Source: Puccinia triticina | Taxonomy: Eukaryota | Reading direction: 5' to 3' | Assembly: GCA_026914245.1 (NCBI GenBank) | Contig: CP110439.1 | Location: 2,542,001 to 2,606,000 of the forward strand | Length of the DNA: 64,000 bases | Shown here: piece by piece, positions 24,842-39,034 of the stretch | Position numbering within the stretch: the first letter of the stretch is position 1 | Layout of the letters: the number at the start of each line of letters is the position of its first letter | Notes under the pieces: generated by a model | Database searches by the model: none | The model's input: only the letters and a program-made list of their open reading frames with translations | Told to the model about the DNA's origin: nothing | Translations under genes and position numbers: made by a program

Positions 24842-25329
24842 GGATTGGGTCCCCTGGAACATTGTGATAATTGATTGGAGTTGATTGAGCATCTCTGGAG
24901 GCACAACAACACCGTCCAAACAATTACTTGTTCAAATTGTGCTGGTTGGTTGGTTTGCTGAGGTGTTGGGTTGTTGGGTTGTTGGTGGGTTATGGATGAT
25001 ATCTTGATTGATGATCCAGGGAGGACATGTACTTGGTGTATTTCTGGATTACCACGACATGTGTGCATTTGTGTACTCCAGTAATTATTTGTGTACACTC
25101 TAAACTAAAGCTGACCGGGGGAGCCCAGAAAGGAGTGGGTGGTGATGCACTCCATAAAGTTTGGAGTGGCTGCCGGTGCACTCCAAGAAAATGTGGGCTT
25201 TGGAGTACCTATCCTCCACTCCATGGGAACTTGGAGTGCTCAAACATGCACACCAAATAATGTGGTGTCCACAGACTTCACACCTTTTTGGTGTGCGCAG
25301 GGTAATTTTTTGGAGTGCAAAAAGGCAGA

Positions 25330-25961
25330 CACAAAAATTATTGAGATTGGTCTGTTGACCATTGAAGTGAACCTTGTTCACCAATTCTTGCTGGTACTTC
25401 TCAAGAAGATTGCCAAGTACATTGGATTTTGGATTGTGCTCTCCATCTAAGAAAATCAGGGCTTGTGAAATGCGGTGGACCATCTGCTTCTTTGTTGGCC
25501 GCACAATCAGACGCTCTGGTTCTTCTTTGCAATCGGAAGTATCCTTATTTTCATTCTCTTGCTCTTTTATCAAGTTAAATATCTCTGCTGAAGTCCAAAC
25601 TTTGGTGGCCACATTGTTTTTGCCTTCTGGGTTCATCAAGCTCTGAATGGACATTTGATGAATTAGTAATACTGCACCAATTTTTAATACTGCAGACCAT
25701 TTTGAGAGGCATTCTAGGTTTTTGGAGTTTGCTGATAGATGTTGATGAGCAAATTTCAGGCAGCTGGGCACGGTAAAGTATGTGGTTATAGCAAAAATGT
25801 ACCCTAGTTTTGGGCTCAAACAGGTATGTGGTATGCTGTTATGTGGTATAGCCCCAAAAAAACTAATTTTGGCCCACACCAACTATGGTGGAATGAAACC
25901 CCTATGCGGTATGGGGGGTTATGTGGTTTCACAAGTATGCCATTTCACGGGTTTGACTGTA
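25330..25961 (-). mobile_element. Pogo/Tc1-like DNA transposon remnant
   Basis: TA-CAGTCAAACCC end at ~25960; ORF with MSIQSLMNPEG..acidic tract..QQTNLNNF resembling pogo transposase C-termini. Confidence 0.45.
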
Positions 25962-27264
25962 CAATTTATGCATCCATAAATTTCAACTTTGAAAACCATA
26001 ACCACTAATCTATAGTATCTCAACAGTTAGCACAATATCTGGGTCATAGAGGGGCAAGAAGTCCCAAAAGGGCCAAAATACCTTGGCCTCCATCAACTTT
26101 CCAGTATGTAAGTTTTTGCACCTGGGGAAATACTGTAATTTAATGAGTCAAAATATGAAAATATCAAACAAAGTGATATGGTCAAGTGATGTCAAGTTTG
26201 GAATTTGACATAGGATTGTAAATCCAAGGCCAATGCTCCTTCTCCCCAGCTCCTGTGCAACCAACTGGACAAAGACAATCAGAGAGGCCTCCCACACTGA
26301 TAGGATCACAAGAACTTGCTAAGTTTGGAGTCCTACCAGTGGGCTTAGTCCATCCCTCTGCAAGCCAGTTGATTGTAGGAGAGATCCACCACCTTTCTAG
26401 CTAACAGAACTTCTAATGGAGGGAAAAGATGGGAACCTGTTTCCCTTCCTGCCTGCTCTGTTTCAGTCTGTTCCACTGAAAAACTGGTTGGCTAGTAGAA
26501 GAGAAGAATTAATCTAGTACATATTCACCATCATAGGGTAAAAATTCTTAGACCCCAGCTGTATAGCCTGTCAGCAGCACATAATGATCTGTCAGTCTTG
26601 TCAGATCAACAGAGTTTCAATGATGCTATTTATCTATTTCTGGTGCGCTTTTGTCATGACGCAGGGAGAGAGGAGAGAAAAACGAGAATGAAAAAAAAAA
26701 AACAAAAGTGGACAATCAAAAGAAAGCATGAATGAAGATCAGGAAGAGGGTACCAAGAGCAAAAAGATCCAAGATGGTTATAATGTATTTACTTTAAGAC
26801 TTGTGCAATGTGACCACAATCCAAACCTCTTTTCTTTTTCTTTTTTCTTTTAAGACAGTACCAAGTGAACGCAAGCGAGCTGAGAATGAGCTCAAACAAA
26901 AACAAACAAAAGGGAAGAGACGAGAAGACAAAATGCCCGGGCACTGGACTAGAAATAACAGAAGCACACAGAATTGAAGAGGGTCGAAAGACGCGAGGGA
27001 CCATAACCTTTGGAACTGCTGGGTGACATCAGTTATAGACATAAAATGGCGAGTAATATCTTGTTTCTTTTGGTTAATTAAGATTGAGGGGACACCCTGA
27101 ATTCAAGATGATGCTGATATTAATGTTTGCATGCGACGACTCAGTATTTTGATTTGTTGTTACTTTTTGTTGAGGGAGGAGGGGGGACGAAGAAAACGGG
27201 GGTAGCAAGAAATAGCGGGCGTGATAGAATGATCCTGTATTTCTGTTCATTGTCCTGTTCTCGT

Positions 27265-28304
27265 TTATGCTGGTAATTCGAATTTTTGCCCTCTCATTAC
27301 TCGTGTGAAATAAACTGGATAGAAAAAGTTTCGGGGGAGGAAGAATGAAGAAGGGATGAAAAAGTTCTCAATGAGGTTGAATTGCCGATAGACTGAAGTT
27401 AGGATAAGTTGAACAAGTACGCACTGTAGAAAAAGTCCGCGTAGAGTCCGGTTTGTACGATTCCGGCAAAGATGGCAATCGGGTCAAGGGTGTTTTCAGT
27501 TGTGTACCTGAGAAGAAGAAGCAGCAGCACCAACAGGATATTTCAATTAATGGGGTGGATTAGGAGCGGGTCGATTGAAACAAGTAAATCAAGCCAACCT
27601 GAGGATCCAGTTGGGGATATACATTGCTCGGTAGAGGCCAAGTGCAAATAGATAATGTGTGGTGATCGTCTCGGCCTCGCCCGTCCTGTGGAGCATGAAC
27701 AACTGCGGAAAAACGGCGACTGCTTCCAAGTAGATACTGAATGCCCAAAGAACTTCGACCACCGTACTGTTTTATGGGGGTGTATTTCGACGTAGCATGA
27801 ACAGTTGATCAGTTCGTGATGGCATGTGCTGGTTGAAATTGGGGAAAGAAGAAGAATAGGGTAATCGACTGACAATTTGTAGTTGAATACTAATGCCAAT
27901 AATGCGCATGGTCCCAGTAGGTATTCTACTTTGAATGTGTCGATTGCTGGGTCTTGAGTTGGCTTGTACTTGAAATACATCAGGTAGACTATGTACGCTG
28001 ACGATGCAATAAAGAACAATTTCATTGCCGTGTTGTAGATCTAGATCCAAGCATACACAAGACACACAAAATACAGATTCATCAGTTGTGTGGGTTGGGC
28101 ATGATCAAGGCACGGTGCGGAAGAGCTTACGGAGATGAAGGGCCCAGTGACAAGGTCTACATATCTCGTCAAGAATACCACCACGTAGAGAACTTGAGTC
28201 TTGAAGCTGATTCCTCTGGCCGATCTAGATTTGATGATCTTCTGAATGAGGATGAAGATCGAGGCCAGGTGGGATAGGTCACCGATCAATCGAAAGATAT
28301 TCAT
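27265..28304 (-). CDS. ERD2: ER lumen protein-retaining (HDEL/KDEL) receptor; exons 28304-28131, 28040-27874, 27766-27599, 27507-27425, 27314-27265
   Basis: [64 protein letters not shown]. Confidence 0.97.
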
Positions 28305-30188
28305 GTCTTCTTAGGTCTTGTGGCTTGGGTTGGGAGAAGCAGTTTGTTGTGGTGGTAGTGTTCGGGCTGGTGGTGATGGGTTGAGGAAGGTGGATGCGGG
28401 TGGTTGCCTGGAGTCTGACACGTTTGGCTTTATCTGTGCTCGGGCAGGGTTACCGTAAGCTATAATTGTCGCGGGCCAGCTGGGAATGGAAGGAAGCCCC
28501 TCGGGGCTGAGGGTGCCCAATGGGGATACTCCAAAACAGACCGCCTGACCCCGTTTCACCTTCAGATCAGCCCCGGTCAACCTGTGCAACACCAAACTTG
28601 TCTCCTCAAAATCATCCGGATCTCGAGTTTCATGACGGCGACTGTACTGTTGCACGGTCTATCCTCATTTGGTTTCCATCGGGCTTGCGTGTGCGCGGTT
28701 GTCTAGTGACTGAGCAGAGGGGAAGGTGTTTCAAGGCAACTTGATGACAAGTCGCTCAGAAGACTTGAAGAACACATGGAATCAGTTTCACTGCAACTGC
28801 AACGATCCTGACAACACCGAGGATGCACTGCATTGGCAGGTAACACTTTCATATTTCCCTAGTGTATGTATGTGTCTCAATCCACCCCTTGGAGATTGCC
28901 ATCGGTAGTGAACGGCAGTGACACCCTCACCAGCAAGGGTGTCTGGGGCCCTGGGCTGACGGGGGTCATCTTGAATATTGGAATTTGGAGTTAAGACAAT
29001 CCATTTTCTAATCTTCTCTGCTGGTTTGGGTCACGTTAAATATCTAAATATAGGCCTTCTCTTTCAAGACAGTCAAGTTTGAGTACTCTGTCAAGACAGC
29101 TGTTTGGGGATGGGGTAGAAACGGGGTCCGGGGAGATGAAATGGTGAAATAAACCACAGGTATTCACTAAAAAAGATGAAAGATTCTGTCATTCAGGGAG
29201 TCCTTCATACCGATTGACCTTGCCTTGTGAGTATGGAAATGGTCAAGTACGCTGTGAGAGCACTTGAACAGAGTGTAACAGGATACAAAAAAAGGAAGAA
29301 GTATCTTCTTTTCTTGTTATGAGTTTATAAACACCATGTAACTTAACTTCAATTTCAAACACCACCTCAAGTTTTTTTTCTTCCATTTGGCTGAGATGAC
29401 ACACTGCACAGTAGCATCTGTCACTTTATGCCACCTTTATATATCATGGCAACAGTTTTGGGTGTGGATTACTTATTCAGTGTGATTTTAATGCAAATAT
29501 ATCTAGCGGGCTGAATGTCTTTTACTATCCTTTGAAGCTTTGGATGGGTGAGATGAAGTGGTGCTTATTAGGGGGTTCACCATTGAAATTTAAGGCCTTT
29601 ATGAACAGAATTATACAGTTTGGTAAGATGCACAGCAGCACGTGATACTGGCCAATCAGTGCAATTTATCAATTTTTTCAAGATATGTTCATAAACACCT
29701 TAAAATGTGTCCTAAAGTTTTGTAAATTTCAATTGTAAGCCCCCTATGGGTTCCTTGTTATCCAGGATTGCAATAGTTTACAAGAAAAAAAAGATTTGGC
29801 AAAAAATGACCTATTACAATTGTAATTGTGGGTTGTTTCATCATATCATGCTGGCAGTGACGATCATGGTGTGATAGTTTTGGAACAGCTGACAGTTTTT
29901 GTGGCCATCTATGTGCTTGCACTCGTGGTTTTCAATCCATGAAAGAGCACCAAATTTTCAATGGGTTGGGATATGCGCTTGTGGGAATGTGTGAAAGCAC
30001 ATATGATAAGTTACATGTAACAAGAATTTCTATAGATTACCGCGCCCCACAGAGGCTGACTGACGAGGTGGAAGTGATTACGAAGGGGGTGGTCGGTGTA
30101 TATGTGCACGGGGCGGAAGATTTGAGTATACATAGATGTCTCTAACTCTGCGCTTGCTAGATATGATTGATTTACACATAGAGTACTC

Positions 30189-31681
30189 TCAATGGACATA
30201 GCCTCGGGTCCATTTCCAGCCAAACAAGGAGAGAAGTCCAAGGTTGATGAACCCAAAGGTAAGATTCCCAAAGCCGACAAAAACCGCGGCCAGCAAGAAG
30301 ACTCCGCAGGTCTTATCCAAGAGCATCCCGAGCGCTTTTTTCTCTTTCCATTGCCAGTCGATCTCGATGCGCGGCCGGGTATTCAAGAGTTTAGGAGGAG
30401 ATTGGCGGGGTGTCCAGCGCGGCAGATCGATCACCGCGAATACCGGCTTGTGGTCACTGCCGTCATACTCGGGAAGCGATTGATAGTCGAGCACTTGGGC
30501 ACCCCCGTCAACTGATCCCAGCTGGGGGTCGTCAAGCGAAGACGCCACGAAGATTCGATCGGTCCACCCAGGCAACCGATGCTCAAAGCTAACGAATTGG
30601 TCTCCGGCGTTCAGCTTGTATTTGTAAGTCGGCTTGAAAGTGATCGGGGCCTCCCTTAAACCGACCAGAACATTGCCACATGCGTGCTGATGAGAGAGCG
30701 TGTCATGCTCCAGAAATAGGCTAGAGTGTCGGCCCTCTTGAAAAGTCTTGTTCAAGGCTTCTCTGTCGATCGGCTTCAGATTAGATGTGCCTAACGGGGT
30801 GAGCGAAATCCGGTAGTTCAGATCGCCCATGAAGAATAGATGATTGGTGTCATAAATAGTGTGGTGACCATGGGCGGTTTCGAAGAGTAGCCGGCTGACA
30901 ATGGTTTGGTAGTCGCGATTGCGAGCAATGATTCCGGAGTCGTGAGCGGCGAGATGGGCGTTGACAAAGGTGAAAATTTCTTCGCCGACCGAGCCGCTTT
31001 GGTGAGAGAGATCAGATGGCCGAATGGTCACTCTGACCCCGACGGCGCCCTTGTTGTTCATGAGATTGAGGAATCCACAGCTAGCCTCCGCCGTCCTGAC
31101 GCTCTGGATATCCTGGAAGACGGTGTCGTTTCTGGCGTATACGAGCAGCCCGAGTCCTCCGTGGGTAGGATCGGCGAGGAGGTTGTAGGTAAGTGCTTCG
31201 AAGTTGTTTCCCTTATCGAGCCCAGGCCCTTGATCCCCCTTGATAGTCCTCAGGCCGGAGGAGAACGCTCGGATCATCGATTGATGCCGATCGTGGATCG
31301 CCCCTCCGGTAAGTGATGAAAACGTGAGATGCAACTCGGCAAGCTCCCTACTCAAACATCGCGTTATCAGTGACAGATAAAATCGGAGAATAGGCAGATG
31401 TGGTAGAAATTCACGGCGGGGAGCGGCACTCAACTGGAAAGCAATCACATAGAAGTCGGGCAGCTGGGCCTCATTTTTGGCCTGCTCGTCGAACACCAAT
31501 CTCGAGAGCTTCTGTTGCGCCCTCCTATCAGTAGTGTCAGCGCAGAAGTTGATCAGGGAAATTCGACTCGATCTTTTTCTTTCTAGTTAATCAGACAGCC
31601 TTGAAGAGATAATCACCCTCTGTTCAGATTGTAGGTCATGCATCTGATCCGCAAAGGTCTTTCCTGATGACGAGCCGCCAT
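30189..31681 (-). CDS. Inositol polyphosphate 5-phosphatase with hydrophobic C-terminal anchor; exons 31681-31617, 31524-31435, 31347-30189
   Basis: MTYNL, AFQE (after splicing), NKGAV, FVNAHLAAH, FFMGDLNYRI, PTYKY, PGWTDRI, SDHKPV. Confidence 0.93.
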
Positions 31682-33353
31682 ATTCGAGCAGGTGGACAGG
31701 TTGGGGGCAACAAGTATGTCGTTATACAATTTAGCCGATTGACGAAGTGGGCCATTTGGGTTCAGTTGGTGCAGGTCTTGATTTGACCCGGGGTATGCTC
31801 GGGGTGTAAGATCGAAGACTGAACATGTCAGTCGAACCGGGCCAGCCCGGCCCCGGCCCACTCAAGCGTCATTCACCCCGTGGCCGGGCCGCCTGGCCCG
31901 AAACCTTTGGACAGACTGCACGCCATGAATACAGAGGGATTTGTTGGCCTCAGAATGCAGGGGAAAAAGAATCGTGGCAAACAGTTCTGGACGGCGGCCC
32001 TTATGATCATCTGATGGTGATCTATGATCCATTAGTGGGACAATAGTGCCCCCAAAATTGAACAACAAATGTGCCAACATATTCATAGATCCGTAGTTAT
32101 AAACAGTGTTTTTGCTGGGATGATGCTTCCTGTTGCAAATGTCATACATGAATGATTTGATTATGGAGACCACTAATCATGGCCGGGTTTTGAGCAGAAG
32201 GCGGCTGGCCCAGATCCATCCGGCTGTGCGGGGCGAATTGTCAAGAGGCGGGCGGGCTCATCATCATGGATCAATGTTTATTATTTTAGGCTTCTCAAAG
32301 TGGGCTAACAATGCCATAAAATCCTATACTCTTTCATTAAATGTTGAAAAAGTGGATATGGAGTTTTGAGTAATGTTTGATCTGCTTATCACCCCTGCAA
32401 AGTGGTCCATACCAGTTTTTCAACAGTGAACTTGCACTCATAAGGCTTGCAAGCTGTATGTTTTCAACTTTGAGGACCCTACGCGTCTCTTCTTACTAGA
32501 AAGTACACAGTTCCACCTACATGGGCATCCTACCATGCAAGAAATACCACCAGGAAGCTCATTCACTCATCTCTCTCAGCACCCCGCGGGCCTCTGTACT
32601 GTTGTCAAGCAGCTCCTCTCACTCCCAAAATTGGAAACAGGGCTTAGAAGGTGGCGTGTCACGTTGCACTAAACCAATGCGGGAAAGCTTCAGGATCATG
32701 GCCTCTTCTTCGTGAGAAGATGGTGCGGGGAGCAGGCCCACTCACTCCCTCTGCATGGATCTTAGCGGCGTACACAAGTATGGAATGACAACGAGGACAA
32801 TAATAACAAGAATTCAAACAAACTGACGGCCACACACATCTATAAGTGATAAGTATATATATATATGTGTGTGTGTGTATGAGTAATATATGTGGATAAT
32901 CTAGTAGTAACAACGGGTCAAGATAAGTTAAGATCTGTAAGCGACATGTAAATGTGTAGAGGGATTCGAAAGCGCATAAGAAGACGAAGGAAAAAAGGAA
33001 GAGGACGTCTACTGTATATATGGAGTGTGGAGATAAAGATCAAGGCGGGCGAACGCGTGTGGCGGTTGTATGATGTGTGGGTGGGTGCTTGTGAGTAAGG
33101 ATGCGAAGGGCGGATGGTCAAGAGGGGAGAGAGAAACAAGGGACTGGCTTTTGGGGTTGGAGGATGCTGCTGCTGCTGGGGTGTGGTGGTGTGCGGGCTG
33201 GACGTAAGGAGAGGGAGGGGAGGGACGGAACAGACAAGACCACGACGAGGGCGACGAGTCTACAAAGGAAGCGGGACGCGCGCCGCCCTGCGCGCCAACA
33301 AAAAAAAAAGGACCACCGGGGGTCAGAGAGGGCAAGAGACTAGGAAGGCTTAG

Positions 33354-36300
33354 TTAATGGGTCGTGGTGGTCGGCGTAGGTTCGGCAAGCGGGGTGAGTC
33401 TGAGGATCGACCTGAACATGGACCCGAGCCCCGCGTTACGAGAGAGATGGGAAGAGGAGTGCGAGGAGGAGGAGGATCCGGAGCGGGCGGTGACGGTGCG
33501 TTCCCTGGGCCCGGAGGCTGCGGCGGGAGATGCGGTACGAGATGAGGAGGAGGCGGGGGTTGAGAAGGAGGAGGCGGAGGACGAGGAGGGGTTGGGGGTG
33601 GGGATGAGGTTGGGCGATGAGGGGTTGCGCGGGACGGGTCGGGAGGATGGAGCGGGTGTGGAGGGCACCGAGGATGCGGCGGTAGCGGGGCGCCGCAGGC
33701 TCGTGGGCCCCTGCCTTTCCTTGGCCGCGACGGGGTCGAGGCCGAGGGCGGGGCTGGCGCTCGAGAAGCGGGAGTCGCCGGCGACGGAGGAGCTGGCGGA
33801 GCTGCGGTTGCGTTTCATGAACACCCTGCGGAACGTGTTCTGGCAGTACTCCGACGACGAGTGTTCGCCGGCGTTGGCGGCGGCTGTTGTGGGGTGAGGG
33901 GTACTCGCCTGGCGACTGTGGATGCTGCGTTTGGCAGGGTCGACGAGCAGGGAGGGGGGCGCGGTCGCCTTGGGGTCGAGGGGGTCGGCGTCGGCGTCTT
34001 TCTTGCTCCGGGTGCCGACCCGGGACAGGCGGCGGACCATCTTGAGGCCGGGCAGCCATAAGGGCGTCGAGCCTGTGGACTTCGTCGAGGCCGCCAGCAC
34101 GGGGTCGTTTGGCCCCAGCTTGTTGCTGGAATGCTCCTCCTGGTCCGGGGACGGACATCGCAGACAGCCCGGCAGGAGCTCTTCCGCCGAGGCCGCTTGT
34201 TGGCTGGCTTCGAGGGCCGGGAGAGGCTGGCTCTGGTTTCGTGAACGGGTGCGTTGGTGGTGGTGATGGTGGTGGTGGGGCTGGGCTGTCGGCTGGACTG
34301 TCACGGTAGCGTCATCGAGGTCGGCCTGGGGTAGGCTGCTCGAGGATCGGCTGACGAGGGCCGGGCCACTCCGGGCTCGTCGCAGACTGCTGCTCGGGCT
34401 CCCGCTCCAGGGGGTCTCGTCGGAAGAGGGATTGAAGATGCGAGGGAGCGGGGGTGGGGGGAGCATCTCGCGCGGACGGATGTTGGGCTCCATGCAGCTC
34501 ATCCGCTTCATCTTCCGGTCGCCGCCATTTCCGTGCCCGGCGTTCCGAGGGATCGCGGCAGCATGGGCGGTGTGGGTCCTCTTGGCGCTGGTCGTGCCGG
34601 TGGCAGACAGGGTGCGTGCCCGCGCGCCACCGCTCTCGGCTCCAGAATCTTGCAGCCTGGCATGCAGGAGCACATCCGAGAAGATCTCCGTGAGCTTGAG
34701 GTCGATAGCAGCCTGGGCGACCTCGGCCGTCCTTCCCAACAAGGTGTTCACGTTTCTCGACAGTCGTTGGGAGACTCTGGATTGGGTGGCCGGTGCGACC
34801 GGGGTGGTGGGTACGGGTTCATCGCAGGCCGGCTGGTCTTCTTCGACGGGTGAGCGGTCTCTGGTGGGAGGTTCGATGGGGGATGGGTTGGGGTTTTCGA
34901 GGAGGCTGATGCTTGAGACGATGGAATCGTCGCTGATCGGCATGGCGGACATGATCTGGATCGATCTGAGTTGTTCGATCTCCAGCTTGAGTTCTCTGAG
35001 CTTGTTCATCCAGCATCTCTTTTCCGGTTCGCAGGTTGCGCCAAACTCGAAGGTGTGTTGGCGATACTTGAGGCTGAATGAATGGGGCATCAAACCTGGT
35101 AGGAGAGAGTTAGTTGGGAATGGCTGTGATCTCTGGATGGAGCTACATACCAGAGCTGTCGGAGATGTCGATGAGGTCGAAATATCTGATGGGGAACCAG
35201 TGGCGTGGTTCGTAGACGGTGGCTCGTTTGACTTTGACGATAACGAGATGGGTTTGATATAGAAAGATGCCATGGTATTTGATCTTGAAGGCTTCGCTTG
35301 GATCTAGACTGGGGGCGTGGTAGAGGATATGCAACGATCCGACGAGTTTGATTTGGCCGAGCAGACAGACGAATGCAGCTCGATAGGACTGGATATAAAA
35401 AAAAAAAAAAAAACAGGGGTTATTGTTTCTCTACATGTTTTGAAGTTGGAGAGAGAGAGAGAGAGAGAGACTGACTGAATGTAGTTCCATTCGACTCGCG
35501 ATGAGTTCAGTCTTGAGTTCGACCTCCCTGAGTGATTTAGCTTCATCGACGCCTTCAGCGACCTGTTTCATGGCCCAGAGTGCCTGTTGGACCCGTTCGA
35601 TCGCCCGGGCTCTGAGCGGGTTTGTGGGGCTGGGCTGGTTGATCTGGTTGAGGAGACTGTTGAGAAGCATCGGATATCGCATGATGCGTTGGATGGGCTT
35701 GATGATATAGTCAGAGAAGATGAGCTTGTTCTTGGTCGGATTTGTTGTTGTTGTTGTGGTGGTGGTGGTGGTGGTGGTTGGTGTTGTTGTGATTGTTGGT
35801 GTTGGTGGTGGTGGTGGCAGTGGTGGCAGTGGTGGTAGTGGTGAGGGTTCGGGTGGTGGTGGAAGAGTGTTTGTAGTGTCGTTTGATGGTGAGGGTGATG
35901 AATTTGATGAGGATGCTGAGGAGGAGGAGGAAGAGGAGGAGGAGGAGGATGATGAGGATGATGAAGTGGTTTGCAGCTGTTGCTGGGGTGGTGGTGGTGT
36001 TGGTTGCTGTTGGAGGAGTGCGTTCCATTCTGGGGTTGATTCGAATGATCTGATGAGGTCTGCTGCTTCGGTGTGCCTGGCGCAGTACTCTTCGTAGATG
36101 GTGAAGATGGGTGATTCGCTGATGAATGCCTTTGCGACCCGTTCGATGATCCGATCGAGGTCTTGTTCCTGCTGTTCTTCTTGTTTGTTCTTCCAGCGTT
36201 CTAGTTGTTGTGTTCCTCCGATTGCGATTGAGATCCGGCGTGAGAATCGTTCGGCCAGTTCGATGAGCTGGGCGATGTTTCGTTTGATGATGTGTTTCTC

Positions 36301-36612
36301 GTAGATCTTGAGTGTTGCTGCTGCGTCGATCTTGGCCAGGTAGAACTGTTCGAGTCTCCTGAGGTCGAGCAGGTATCCATGTTCGGTTTCGATGATCTCG
36401 AGGAGTGCGCTGAGTGTTCGTTGGAGGGTGATGTTTTCTGGGCGGCTTGGCTGGGGCTGGGGCTGGGGCTGGGGGGGTGGTTGTTTTGGTGTTTTGCGTG
36501 TGAGTGAGACTGTGAGGTCTGGTGCTGACTGGGATGCTTCTGGCAGGAGCTGGAGCTGGCTGTAGTTGGTTGGGATGCTGAGTGGCGAGGGCAGTGAGAG
36601 TGGTAGGTTCAT
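33354..36612 (-). CDS. Rho guanine nucleotide exchange factor (DH + PH-like); exons 36612-35476, 35388-35151, 35095-33354
   Basis: DH motifs LLEIIETEHGYLLDL and YIIKPIQRIMRYPMLL; PH-like exon 2 KYHGIFLYQTHLVIVK; long low-complexity tail. Confidence 0.88.
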
Positions 36613-37914
36613 GATGTGGTGGTTGTGGTTTGGTGTTTTTTTTTTTTTTTTTTTTTGCGATCGACTGATATCGAAGTGGCCTGGCTTGGCTTACATAACT
36701 CCCTGCGAATCTTCTCAAGAAGAGTTTCTCACCCGCTCTGATCCACTGGGACACTTTAACATCATCTCTGAGAACAATCTCAACCCGCCCATCGCTTCAT
36801 TGGGCCGGATCACACAAAAAGTATAACCTCATGCCTCATGCGCCAGAGCAATATGATTCAGCACTTTGACAAGAACCCTAGGGCCGCAGAAAGCTAGCCC
36901 AGGCAACTGGGAGAAGTCGAGTTGGATCTCCTCTCTATAAACAAGCAGTGAGGATGGATCAGGAAAGAATGAGATTGGCCGATGCCTTTTTAGCTAGGGA
37001 GATCCTATCAATTGATCATGAGCTTATTTTAAAAACAAGATATCTGACTCAATCAACCAATACTGGATGACTTCCCTTCAAGATCTATACACATCTCATA
37101 GCATCAGTTAATAATTAGAACCACATGAACCAGATTTCCCGGCATAAACCTAAGCTTTCTGGGTCTGTAGTTCATCAACTGTGGAGGGGCCAGAAGTTGC
37201 CCACTCACCTATCATGGCCACAGCAAAATGTTCCCACTGCAGGCAGGCTGGTGAACAAAAATGAAGGAGCCCTGCCCTGCCCAGAAGATTTTGAAGGAGC
37301 CCTACCCTGCCCGGAAGATTTGGAGGTTTTCTTTCACTACAAACATAACGTACTTCCCCCTGCATGTGTATAATGGTTTTTTTAAGTGCAGTTTGATTTA
37401 ACATTGCACACTATTAACTACTGGGCAACAGTGATAGTAAAACAACTAAATTTGATGAGAGATGCTGTCAAGGGCTACAAGAGTTTCCAGCCTTGATTTT
37501 ATATTATTTTTACATTTTCCTTTGACCAAAGATCACCACAAAGTGCTTCACTTGGCACTACTCTACTTGTCAAAAGAATTAATCATTAACAAGTTGAGTA
37601 AAAGAGTATAGTGGTTGTGTGTATATGTGGTTATGCCATAGCATTTTTTTTGCTTATAATTTTTAAATTACTATAAAAGAATGAAAGGGTTTTGCATGCT
37701 TGAGACTATCTCTAAACCCTTGAGAATTTTCATTGCTTCAAGAAACTACCCCAAAAGGGATAATTTGCCCCATTTTAGTCTTCTTACCACCAAAACATTT
37801 TCCATTTGGGATTCAATGATACTGAATTTTTCCCAAGGAAATTATCCATCAGAATACATAGGTTTAAAATCAATTTTCCCAATGAATGAAAACCCCATTT
37901 CCGCAATTGCTATT

Positions 37915-38445
37915 TGTTGAGTTTTCACTGTGACAGCCCCGCAAAAGGGCTGAGTCAGGAGTAGAATCTATTCTCTGAGGGTCATTTCCTCCCTTGTCTC
38001 CTCCTTTCCCCGCCATCCCCAATCACATTCCCTTCCTTTTGACCAACTCCCTCTCTTGTCTCGACTTTGATCAGACTCAATTCTTCAAGCTTTGTCTTGA
38101 CATAGCTCAAGACTCAAATCTCATTCCTTGCTTGACATCACTTGAGTTCCCCGTCCTCAATCAGCTCTTCTCTCCAATTTGGTGAGAAAAGAACAGCAAT
38201 AACCTCAGTCCATTCCTCCCTTGGCTAATCCCTTTTTATTTTCCTCTCTCTCTCTTTTCCCAGTCTCCTTGTTCCCAGTCTCCTCTCTACTGTCTTTGGT
38301 TGTTTCAGAATCTCAATTCTATTGTGGTGGTAATTCTCTCTCTCTTCTTTTCTCCTGTTGTTCTCTCTTCCCTTTCTTAAACATTCCAATGTTGTTTCTC
38401 TAGTCTGGTTCTCAATTTATTAGCAATACAGATCAAATCTTCACA
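37915..38445 (+). mobile_element. Solo LTR (same family as 55444-55998)
   Basis: TGTTGAGTTTTC..GTGACAGCCC..AAAAGGGCTGA start, AGATCAAATCTTCACA end; flanks CTATT/CTACT. Confidence 0.8.
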
Positions 38446-39034
38446 CTACTTTTGCGTGATTTACACGCAAATCAGGGGCCAAAAAGCTGGTTGCCATGTG
38501 AATTCCAATGCTGCCAAATGTTTTCTCTTGAAATGCTGCAAAATATTATAGTGGTTTCTTTGTGGCTTTTATCATTCAGTGAGAGTGAAATGCTATTTTT
38601 GGGTGTTTTATTTGCACACCACTGACCAGGGGCCAAACTTCATCAATTTTTGGAGTCATTTCCACAACTACAGTTGTGAAGGGCATCCTGCTGTACAGGA
38701 AATATCCCCCAGGGGGGCTGTTTGTAATGCCAGGGCCCAGTTTTTGGATTTCTCCTGTGATTTATGGACCACTGGTGTAATTGTAAACTATTGTAAAGTA
38801 CAGCCATTCCCAAAAATCTTGTGGTTGGGTAGGCCCAAATTTTGGACTGCTAATTTCAGCCTCAAAGCCTGCATAGCCCCTGTATGACAGGCTGCATACA
38901 GTAATGTGGTTAAAAGAAAATCACTAATTTCTTTGTTTTTAGCCTTGGGGCCTCAAGGGTTGCACCATCACAATCCTGGATCAATTTTACACCAATCAGA
39001 CCCTTCGCCGCATGCCCCTCCCCTGCCCTGTAGC

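Noticed and set aside
29939..30145. Fragment resembling a C2-domain start (GVVGVYVHGAEDL)
   Set aside because: Too short, no supporting exons; cannot confirm without a search
33357..36754. Antisense and alternate-frame ORFs over the RhoGEF
   Set aside because: Arise from GC-rich and trinucleotide-repeat coding sequence
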